DNA of 64,000 nucleotides from Phoronis australis. Its lineage: Eukaryota > Animalia > Phoronida. Under the pieces are notes generated by a model that saw only the letters and a list, made by a program, of their open reading frames with translations, had not been told where the DNA came from and did not search any database. The DNA lies in assembly GCA_002633005.1 (NCBI GenBank), contig NMRA01000176.1:1-64000 (forward strand), written 5' to 3'. A program made the translations under genes and the position numbers. Shown here piece after piece: positions 1-11,200 of this stretch (the stretch's first letter is position 1; each line of letters starts with the position of its first letter).

Positions 1-819
1 AAAACATAGCGGCACAGAGAGATGCATGGAAATGAGAGTTGAGAGCAGAGGGCAGGGCGTTAAGAAGGCGGTGAAGTATAGGTGTAGTTATGGGGAGCCT
101 GGAAACCCAGATTGGTCAGACCCTGGTCGGTCGCCGCAGGGGAATTAAGATAGGCGTCCAGCCAACGCATGTAAGAACTGCCCAAAATCAAACAACTAGG
201 TGGCATATTTAGTCCAGAACAAGCAGGAAACAAGGTACAATACCTTAATGATGTGATGAGACGGAGAGTGCTGAAACTTCAAAGAGAAATTGAGTGAAAA
301 ATGAAAGTTGGAGAGAATTGTGGACGATGGCCCAGTGTTGCATCAAGACAAAGAGATCACGTGGTACAATTAAACCAATAATCGTAAAACAAAGAGGATC
401 ACTGACCTGAGAATCCAAACAATATGATAATGAGGAGGAGGCAGTATAGCTTACATAAAATAATTTAATACTTAAATAATTTTTCTATCACACAAGCCTA
501 CATGTATTTGTGAAATGATAGATCACCTGGAAAATTTTCCTCTTATAGTCATCCCAATTCCTGTACATAGTGGTAAGTTGTTCAGATCAAAATTTATTCT
601 TTTTCACATAAGACGCATTTATAGCAACTTTAAGGGATTTAATTCGAAGGAAATCTGGAAGCTAGAAGACACCATCTGATAAGCACATTCTGAAATCAAC
701 AATTGTGCTTGTACTTTCCAAGATGTTCAACACACATTTTTAGGTATAGGGATAGGGTTCATTCCACCATCCTTAAGCTTTCAGAGTATCCAACAAAAAC
801 CATTCTAGGGGGTGAATAC

Positions 820-925
820 TGTGTAGGGGGGGGGACGGGGCATGGCCCTGCCTAAAATTCTCCCAGATTCCATTTGGCAGTTTGGGGGTGCAAATGTCTG
901 ACGGGCAAAATACTCTGCCCTTGCC
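820..925 (-). repeat. Partial copy of the MITE-like repeat at 30561-30718 (inverted)
   Basis: cctaaaattctcccagattccatttggcagtttgggggtgcaaatgtctgacggg is approximately the reverse complement of 30620-30675; truncated by the gap. Confidence 0.7.
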
Positions 926-1160
926 NNNNNNNNNNNNNNNNNNNNNNNNNNNNNNNNNNNNNNNNNNNNNNNNNNNNNNNNNNNNNNNNNNNNNNNNNNN
1001 NNNNNNNNNNNNNNNNNNNNNNNNNNNNNNNNNNNNNNNNNNNNNNNNNNNNNNNNNNNNNNNNNNNNNNNNNNNNNNNNNNNNNNNNNNNNNNNNNNNN
1101 NNNNNNNNNNNNNNNNNNNNNNNNNNNNNNNNNNNNNNNNNNNNNNNNNNNNNNNNNNNN
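926..1160. other. Assembly gap (N run)
   Basis: Run of n; ORFs spanning it are artefacts. Confidence 0.99.
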
Positions 1161-4100
1161 AATACTGAAACACACATGGAAAACACCAATATGTATTTTT
1201 CAAAAACACGTACCTGTTTTTGAAAGCTATACTTCTTTCTCTTTCTTGAAATGTGGCCCATAATGTACTTTTCCTGCTAACAAATGATGCACTCATGTTT
1301 CAGAATGTTCCTATCTTGTTCAGGTTAATTGGGTGTTTCAGATTTTGGAAGTATAATTGATTTTCTTGGGAAATCTTGGATAACATCTGTATCACTTTCA
1401 GCAACTTCAGCTTTAGTACTACTGTTGGTGCCTTGAAACGTTGCTATGCCGTTCTATGTCCTTTCAATTTTCTGGTCTAACACTTAGTATTCTAGTCTAC
1501 AGCACTCAGCAGTATACTATACTCAGTATACTGTGTAGGCTACCAGGACATGCAGCTGTTTTCTGCACAAACGTTTGTGACACCTCTTCTGCTTTTTGAT
1601 CTACTGATCTACAGAGTTCCACAGTCAATCAGATTTCGTCAGGAAGCTTTCCTAAGCTTCTTTAGGCTCTGACATCACAATTTGTGCTGTTTGATAAACC
1701 TTGAATTATACAGGCATCACACTCCATGGGAGCAGCCATATTGAAGTATCTGAGCACAACAATACAATCTGGCTCTCTGATTGGTCAATTCAATAGAAAA
1801 GCGCCATCAAGTGGCAGGAATGTACATCATATTTTGTGTAACAAAAACACCTTTTTTTAAAAAAATGTGCAAGTGTAGACGTGAGAACTTTTTGGAATTT
1901 GATTTCTAGGTATATTATCTAGCCACATAGAAAAAACTAGGTTGCCCCCCCAAAGTACTCACAAGGATGAACGCTACGAGATCTGGCCCACCGACTATTA
2001 TGGAAGCATGGGAATTTTTAGAATAAAATTTGTAATTTTAAATACTAACGAGGATTTGAAATATTGGTAATATAAAGTAATGTAAACCTGTGACCCACGC
2101 ATTGCGTAAACGGTCATATAAGCCATTGCAAAGACAATCACTGAAATGAAAAATATAAAAAATGATATTATACAGTCATTAACCTTTTTCGTCGTTACAA
2201 TTGCATAGTACCTATTTTTCAGTTGTTTATAAACAGACAAGACGATCAGTTGTCAAGGGGGCCGCTCTCGGGCGCTCCATTACATCACTGCATTCCCAAA
2301 GCTTTTAGTATGGGTTTAAAAATTCCTTGACCCGGACGCCACTTGATTTATCCTAAAAATCCGCTTTGGAAATAGATGAGCATACGAACAACAGTATGCA
2401 TGCATGTAAAGTCGTGTGAATGTATACAACAATTGTCCAATGGAACTGTACATGTTTGTGTACATGTACATGTGCATATTCGGAATTGAGGGCATAGGCC
2501 GGTTTGAATAAAAGTTGAGAGCAAACTTTTGCAAAACGATAGAGTTATAGAAACTGATATGTTAACATTAAGTATTTCTATGAAAAAAGAAGAATGCGTG
2601 ACATCAAAAACACCCTGTACTGGTTGGTAAGACACGCACATATACATCGGTTAGCCGCGTGTGCCTGTGAACACCACTGCTTGGGCGGCCGAAGCCGGAG
2701 GTCGAAGTATGCATTTTACACAAACCCAATTTCCCGATAGGTGATTGGAATTGTCTACTTCAGGTTATACCAAGGAATAATAATTTCACTAATATGCAGA
2801 CGTTTTTTCAAAAAATGAAACGCATGTAAGGGGTGCTGAGGTGTCTCAAGGAAAATTACTTCAGTGGTACGCTCTTTTTCTATAACTATCTGGTATTACC
2901 TGTCCTAATACCTAATTCATTTTAGCGTGGTGAACTGGTAATTTGCACAGTTTGAAACGACATGGTCTCACAGTTCAAACAGTTGTGTCATAGACTCTGT
3001 TGTAGAACAACACGCCGCGGAACTAGAGTTTTAAAAATGCAATCGCATTATTAATATTTACCAATATTAATGTTTACACCAATCAATGTACCCCTTTATC
3101 CGACCATGATGCGCGGAATCGCAGAATTCTTTTCTGTCAATAACAAGCACACTTCAATCTGATTGGCCATCCATAACGAGAAGGACAACAAAAATGTTCA
3201 CACAAAAACAACACATTGAGATACTGTAACCATTTCGGACAATAAAGTTTTCATTTATTACAAAATATATTTATCTCAAAGTATCACCATCACGCAGTAA
3301 AATCACACCGTAACAATAAAAGGTAAATGTCTAGTTGGTACAAAGTTACTGTACCGTACTGGTACATGCACTTCACTTCAGCAAAAGTCAGATTTCAACC
3401 GACTAATTTGATCCCTCAATTCAGTTGGATCCGACATTTTCTGGCACACAATCATGTTAATAGTACATTTATATTGACAACACACCGNCCGCCACAAAAT
3501 ATATATGACAAATTCAAAGGTCATAAACTCTAACTGCTCTGTCCTACATACCCAGGCATACATGTAACACACTATAAGTATCGGAAGACCATAAATAGGA
3601 CAGAATATAAAAATGATGGTTTTCCTCAAGTAAGACAGTTTCAGATTTTAATACCTTGCCAGGCTACATAACATTTGTCCCATCTCTTGAAATCTACAGA
3701 AACGACCCATCTACCGTCCCACTCCGTTCAACAAATACCACGTGACTTCAACTCTAGCTCTATTTATCTCATTGTGTAGGACCTTATCGACATGTATATG
3801 AATTAAGCCAAAAATGTACGAAACTATAAATGAACTTTGTAAAAGTGATTGTTTTTTTTTGAAAATAAGAAGCCTGTAGAATTATATTTTTGACTTTTTA
3901 TCAGTCTGTCATTAGTTGCGTCACGTGACCATGTCTTTTAGTAAAAATTTGCAATAAGAAAGGTACGTTGAGAGCAAAAATACGGTATCAATAATACGAC
4001 CAAATGTTACCGGTCAAAAGAGGTCACAAAGACCCTGTTATTGTTTTCTATGTTATAATTTCGTTTTCGTTAAATCCTACTTTTGATGTTTTTCATGAAA

Positions 4101-4265
4101 TTCACCAGTCATATTTCTGATAACACCTCATTCAAAATGGAACATTCTAAAACAGTTGGGCACTAGTGCATAAAGTATAGTATCAATGTAGTTCGGTGGC
4201 AGCCCTTCATTGACACACACTTGGTTGAAGGCACGACTGCACTTTTTGTTAGACAATTTTCAAAA

Positions 4266-4490
4266 TATATACTGTACTCTCTCGTAGTCTCTAAACAACC
4301 TCCTGTCTTCGGGCGTGCAGGTACATGTATGAAGCAAAACACTAAGAGACACAGCAGACAAACAAGTTCAAATACTAGCTACGTTTCAACTTGTTTGTCC
4401 GTTGTTTCTCTTGGTGTTTTGCTTCATAGCTGCACGCCTGAACATACAGGCAGGAGATTGCAGAGGAACTACGATCGAGTATATAATACT
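4266..4490. repeat. Long imperfect palindrome / foldback element (~225 bp)
   Basis: tatgaagcaaaacactaagagacacagcagacaaacaagtt pairs with aacttgtttgtccgttgtttctcttggtgttttgcttcata; outer arms actctctcgtagtctct / agaggaactacgatcgagt also pair. Confidence 0.85.
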
Positions 4491-5444
4491 GCAAGCTGTC
4501 TTTAAAAAGTACAGTCGTGCCGTCAACAAAGCACAGTATCTGAAAGTTTGTTATGAATCCGATCATGCATTTCTGTACCAACTTTGGACATTTTTGTACG
4601 GTCCAAGATAGCCTTAAAACGGCAATAAACCCGCCTTGGCGTTACAAAAACTAATTTTCGATTACCACTTACCGCTTTGAAAATGACCGGTCTCAAAGTG
4701 TCCTTAATTTAAACAGACCAGAATTTGCAATTTGTCTTGTTAAGGGCGGCATATCGTTTACTTGCCAGCTATGGTCCCGGGGAATAACTAGCTGTAAAAA
4801 ATTAATTCTCATATGAGTTAGGTAACACGTTGGCTTCAATTTCGAAGCCATATAGTTCCTGGGTTGAAGGATATGGGAGGCTTCTGATACCACTTCTGCG
4901 ACCAATTTGGGAGAAACAATTTTGTTTTGATGTTTGTATATCACAAACCACAGTTAGGACATGCATCACGTGGATCTCTTCATGATTAATATTTATTACG
5001 AGTACTAGTAAGACCGGCCCACTTTTGTGAGTTTACTTTGTCGGTTAAAAATTGACGTACTGGATGAAAAATCCAAATTTTGGAAGCTTGTACATGTAAG
5101 ACATGTTCTAGTTTCCACTCCAAACAATCCAAACACTACTCTAACTGATAAATGAATAGCAAAGGGAATTCTTTGGTCAGCACTGCTGTCAATATTTTTT
5201 TCCATTTTTAAGAAAAGATAATGTTTGCAAAAAATCACCGTCGATCTGATGAAGAAACTAGCAGGAAAGGGTCTGGGTCCATTTTCTGTACTGGAAAGTT
5301 GACCTGGAAATTGACCAATCGCATAACAGGCTTCAATAAAATTATAGTTGAAGCATGCGGCGTGATTGGTGGAATTTCGAGTCAGAGTTTGAGTAGAGTC
5401 TGAGGTCGGATAATAGACCCAGGGCCGAACTTATTTAAATGCGG

Positions 5445-5610
5445 ATAAAAACTCATATAAATGTATTAAATGTTTACCACAAAGCACAAGCTTTGTAAAC
5501 TACATAGATCACTAACTGAAAGAGGGTATTATCGTTACGGATAAAAAACTCATATGAATGTATTAAATGTTTGTCACGAAGCTCAAGCTTTGTAAACTAC
5601 ATAGATCACC
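5445..5610. repeat. Short tandem direct duplication (~90 bp period)
   Basis: cggataaaaactcatat...tgtattaaatgttt...caagctttgtaaactacatagatcac occurs twice. Confidence 0.8.
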
Positions 5611-5882
5611 AAAGAGGGCGTTATCTTTGCTGTGGTGTAAAAGCTAGTGCACAAAGTATTCCAGTCTACTCATGTTCGTGGTCGAATACCCTAAGAAACA
5701 GTATTGCGTTATTCGAAGTCGTTGCATTTTAGAAAATCATGACTTTTCAAGGTCTGAGTGTATGTTCAAAATTATAAATCTATTGTGCATTGCTTTCTTC
5801 GAATTATTGCGGCAAATATCTCTACGTTTGTTCGCTCATTTTTTTTAGACTCGCTTTGGAGTGTACAACAGGAATAATTTAA

Positions 5883-6492
5883 GGTTATCTCCAACCTTAT
5901 TTAGAGGCCTCCATTCTAACTCGTCTATCAAAAAACTAAGCTTTGTCAACTAGTAAAAGCTGAAAGAACAAAGACCAGGAAATATGAATATACTTTTTGT
6001 ATTTATGTGCCGTAATTAGTTTTACGTAAAAACCTTTTTTAAGTCAAAATTTCATTTTTAAGAAAGGTACATTCATAGCAAAAATAACCCCTGGGTTTAT
6101 TTTAATGAAACCTTTTTTAAATGAAAACTTCACCAGTTACCTCAAAAACGCTGTTAGGAATTTTCGATAAGTCTGTTGGTTTTGTTTCTATGACAAATCA
6201 ACTCGCAAAACGTAAAAAATTGAAGTCGTATTCGTCTTTGTCACATTACTCCAAAACTAGGCCTTTATATAAAAAATCCTAAAAGAGTTTTTGAGATTGA
6301 TGACTAAGTTTGGAAAGTTTCAGCGAAATCCATCGAGCCGTTTTCGAGAACTAGCGTTCCTAAGTTCAAATAAAGTCGATTTGCCGAAGCGGCGAGAAAA
6401 AGCCGATTCAACTGGGACAAGTTAAAATCTCGAAGTTTTCGGTTAATTATACGGTGAAAACTTGTTTTCGATACACATTACCTATACAATCC
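5883..6492. mobile_element. TTAA-flanked non-autonomous DNA transposon (Kolobok-like MITE)
   Basis: ttaa|ggttatctc...aatcc|ttaa; left end matches the reverse complement of 26625-26690; related to copies at ~3770-4615, 8674-9126 and ~16357-16850. Confidence 0.55.
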
Positions 6493-8141
6493 TTAAATAA
6501 CTTAGCTATTTCAACGTTCACTCGCAATGTCAACTGATTTTGAAGTGCGTAACTGACTTAATTATCATTGAAACCTCAATAAGACGAATTATTCCCTGCC
6601 AACTTTTGCTGTTGTTTATATATTTTGTATTTGAAGTTCCCGGAGAATGAAGATAAGGTATTTTTCTAGACACAAGTGAAATATTGTAAAAATGGACAAT
6701 TTTTATGAATAAGGTTGGAGATAACGTTAAACAAACTTTCATTTTATTACCGAGACACTTGACGAACCGGAAGTGGGACCGGGGTGATTGGTTTTGCTGT
6801 TCACACTACTTGTCTGAGTTCTGTAAACGCAAGAATCTCGTGAAGGAAAATAATGTGATCACATGCTTTGCTTGCAGTACATGGGAATACCTCGCAAACT
6901 CTTGCGTCATCTTGAGATTTCGTGCGTCAGGCATTTTTTAACTTTTGTGAGGTTAGTCGAAATGAAAAGTTCGCCCTTTTCAGAGACTGGCAATTCGCAT
7001 AAAATCTCTCTATAGATACAATGAATATGAAAATTTTGACGCAGTCGTAAAACACCAATCCTTCAAAAGCAATCACTGAAAATGTTTTTATCAGTTGATA
7101 AACTGTCATTTGCTTCTGCGCATGTGTTAACAAGTTGGATCGTGAAAGAATCGGAGACAAAAGCGCACTTTAATGACTCTTATTACAGCAACACAAACAA
7201 GAATGGACAAGAAAAGGGAAACCAGGTATTATACATATAAAGCAAAATTTATTTTAACAAATGAAATACATGTAATTCCTGGGCTCGTGACCTAAGGAAA
7301 CATCTTGAATCTGAAAAACCCATGTCTTTACTAAGCTCACGTTCCTGACAGTCATTGTTAAATTGTAGTCTATGTTTCTCCTCACCAAATCCAGACTTTT
7401 TTTACATGAGTAACTAGGTAAAAGATTTCCCCTTTTCAGTCATTGTCGGAAGCACCCATTTTACACTGGGACGCGGAAGGTTGTAAGCTTAAAGATTCTT
7501 CTAACACGAGCATCGGCAAGCGCTCGGTTTTCACAAAAAAAAAAATAATTTCACAATTAAAAACTAATTCTTTTGTCTGATTGCAAATATTTTTATGGTC
7601 CGGCGCATATTTTACCCTCGGTTGTGCGCGGGAAAAGAATCCTAGTGTTATTTTATACCCAGTAAAAAGCAAAGGGTAGACAAATTGGCCACCCGGCAAG
7701 CGGATCGGTTTCTACTTTCTCTTTATATCCCCTACGTACATGTAACAACAGCCTTCCTCACTAATGACAAGCGAAGTTGGAGGATCTAGAATGCTGTAAT
7801 GGGGGAGGGGTAATCAAGATTTTCTACGGAAAATGTTTGCGCAACCCGTAAAAACGGCATGTCGACGTGGATATTTTCCCTTTATTTTAACTCTGACTAT
7901 GAGCAATTAATTCCTGGGATTTTTAGCGAAATTTTACGTAGAGTTGTTTTCATTTGATTTTGCAAGCTTGGATTAGATCCTTATGAACTGGGAATGCAGC
8001 CAAGGAACAATGCTGACGTTCATGTTTAATATATTTCCAAATCCTGACGAACTAGAGGTTCTGCTAAAAAAAATTGGAAGCTGGTATCTCATAATGTGCT
8101 TCATGCTTCATGGTTTTACATCCAATATAACAGATTACTCG

Positions 8142-8220
8142 TCAAAGCAGATTTAGCCACTTCAAGTGCTTGAAAGGTAATCGAAAAAGAGCACATTGGT
8201 ACAATATCGAGTTATACAGC
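8142..8220 (-). CDS. Probable stanniocalcin-like exon 4 (S)LYNSILYQCALFRLPFKHLKWLNLL*
   Basis: Acceptor cttttcag| conserved in the paralog, phase-2 compatible, supplies a Cys as in STC exon 4; minus-strand AATAAA at 7881-7886. Alternative terminal exon 10079-10061 (SKVVFR*). Confidence 0.45.
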
Positions 8221-11200
8221 CTGAAAAGTTCTAGAGCATATTAATTTGACAGACTGGTGCGATAGGCAAGATACAGTTTGTATGCACACCACGTGACTTT
8301 CACGTTTAATGCAAATCAAAACGTCTTCCTTCCGTTAGCATGGCTGCATATTCTATCTTCACATTGGCGTAAAGTCGTCCCCATATAGACGTAACCTTAA
8401 CCAGTCTTCACTCATGCGAGACATCATGTCACGTGCCAGTGATCCATCACACGGTCGCAATTTTCTGAATATTCCCATCGAAAATCTACAAATAGATATG
8501 GGATGTCAAATTATTTGTTGCTTCCGTGCTAACAAATGTGATGACTGTTATTTTTATCTTCATCTTTTTACTTGCACCGTTGGATATGCTTGTCACCCGT
8601 ATATCTTCTTTGTTGATATAACTTTATATTTAATCTAAGACACAATCACTAACTCTGCAATTCGTACGCTTAAAGTTATATAGAACCTTATACACCAGAC
8701 TGTATATTTTGTCAAATATTTACAAACCAATGAAATTAAACTAAGCAAAATAATACTTTCTAAGAATAGGAATTCCTTAAAATTTTATTTTTGTCCACAT
8801 AACAATTCGACATTAATTAGTCATGGCAAAACAGCATTATCAACAATATGAGCAACTTTTGTGTATTATAAATATTCAAGATAAAATTTCCAAATGCTGT
8901 TATAAATTATCGTTTCGTTTCGCTTTCGTTTTCGTTTTAAGTGTAAATGTTTCACAAAAAATTTATAAGTCCTATTTTTGAAAGCCCTCATGCAAAAGTG
9001 GAACGTGTTTTAAAAACAATTCCTAGCACTGCTTTGGAGCACTGTTCATGAAACATAGTACCTAAAATTTTAATGTGAATCTGGCAAGCCATTTGAGATA
9101 TACGATGTTCCGAGTCCTACATAACCTTAAAACGGCAATAAATTTGCCTCTGTTCCTGTTAACCTTCACTGCTGCAAAATTGATTTCAATTTATTCCTTA
9201 CTCGGAAAGGAACTGCCTTTTGGCCTTGCAGCGAATGAATGGACAACCTGTGACAAATCAACTTGTAGATCGTGATCTCGGCGAGAAAAGTTGTTTTCTG
9301 AGATTAGGCTCAGAGAGCAATCGAACCTGGAACCCCCAAGATGACCGCCTAACGCTGTGCCGACGGAGCTAAATAACTCGATAAATGGCAGACTGAGATT
9401 CGGAAGTGTATTTTAACTACAGTACGTATAGCCCTGTTTATCTGACTTAAACGAAATTGAATATCGCCTTTCATTCTCATAAAATCAGACTCATTTTATC
9501 ACTCACTTTCATAAGATTCTATTTCCTTTACTAACAATAACAATGAACTCATCAGTAAGTCAGAGAAACGTTTGGGGTTGGTCAAGCCTAAACAACGAGC
9601 ACAAAAAAGGTGATTGCCAGATTTAGGAATAGTTGTTTCGCCCTGCACTGTGTGTTGCTAACCTATTCTATAGGACAACTGAGGGAAATCTTGACTCCTA
9701 CGATTAGACAACGTAAAATGTTGGGGGTACCGTTGGCCTGGTCGGTGTTTGAAAGTAGGCTACAAATAGGCCTATATGAGTCTTAGGTTGCAGTAGAGAT
9801 ACATGTAACGTTTCCGTAAGTATCTTGTGCTATCATCAGACCACGCAATAATTGATTGTTATTCTTATCAAATATCAATAAAGTAAAGCAGCCATGTCCG
9901 AAACGTTATTATGAGTATATTTATTTCACTTGGGTTCTGTTTATGCTGACATATATTCCCTGGCATATAGTCAGCAGGCCGCGAAATCTATCACCGTCGC
10001 AAGAACCTTTCCTTTTGCGTTCAACGCAAATCATTGGTGAATGCTGTAAATCTCCCAAGTTCATCGAAAAACCACTTTCCTGTTTGTGTGAAAAGATGGA
10101 CCACGATCGTAGAGTTTACATTTTACCTCAAAATGTGATTGGTTATTCAAACTACCAGTTACATATGCTTATTGATTAAGATGTAAATGCCAACTTACGA
10201 CACCGGTGACCGGCCTGATCCTCTGAACACGTCAACCATGCCATCGAGGTTCTCCCGGAAAGCTTCACAGAGGGCGCCATTGTCCATACAGTCTAGCATC
10301 GTGTCGATTATCGCCTGCTTCATTTCGTGACATCTGTACATGTTTGTGGTGCGGTAGCGAGTTCTCAAATCTCTCATGACACATGCCCGAGAATCATTAA
10401 GCCACCGCTGACCCTTAAACATAGCATACGATAGGTATGTAAGATGTCTCAAAAATTAACAAACTATTACGAATTTTAAGTGCCAAGTAATGGTACAGAT
10501 CATTCCGGGAATCCCAAAATTTGTTTTACAAGCATTGCAGTTGGAAAAGAGAAAAATGAGGAATGCATAACACACTCCCTCCACACACATGTACTCTATA
10601 GAACGGAAAATTAACCTGCAACTGTGCACTTTGTTTAAATTGAACTCAGTTTTCATAAAAAGACTTGCAACAATGCGGCATCTCTGCTTTGGCACGTTAG
10701 CTTTGTCTTTGCCTGTACTGGACCGGCTCATCTGATTGCATTTGGCGTCAAAACGCAAAAAAGACGTTTTGTGAATTAAAGTCCACTGTGACATGCATGT
10801 TTTTCACTGTTCGTCTTTGGAAGGGATTATTGGATTGAAAAAACATTATTTGACAGTAACCTTTTTCCGGTTATTCATTTATCTGAACATTTTTGGGCAC
10901 CTCGTACTCGTGTAAGTTTCAGCACATCCGATTTTTAGAAGATAAAACGTCATGTATGACATATCGTTCTTACCAGTCATTCGGTATAGCCTACGATCTA
11001 GAAATATAGACATAACTATCAGCTTTAGAAAGTCGGTTACAGTTCAGCATTGATCATGACTCGGATTCGTGCAGGAACAAAATGAAACCAGGCAACAAAT
11101 TTCTACGACAGGTCACGCGTCTTAATGAAATGTTGGTCTTTTTCGAAGAAGACAGCTAGTGAAAAAACAGCTTGAATTAAGTAAAGAAATATACTTACTG

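Noticed and set aside
1-420. Possible Penelope/LINE remnant on the minus strand
   Set aside because: Only a vague VLYLVSC resemblance to GIY-YIG; no convincing motif.
773-1296. ORFs spanning the N gap
   Set aside because: Open only because N codons contain no stops.
9940-10079. Several in-frame TGA codons after SKVVFR suggesting selenocysteine read-through
   Set aside because: Only the first TGA is shared with the paralog, downstream alignment has indels, and no SECIS was seen; most simply a stop followed by UTR or intron.
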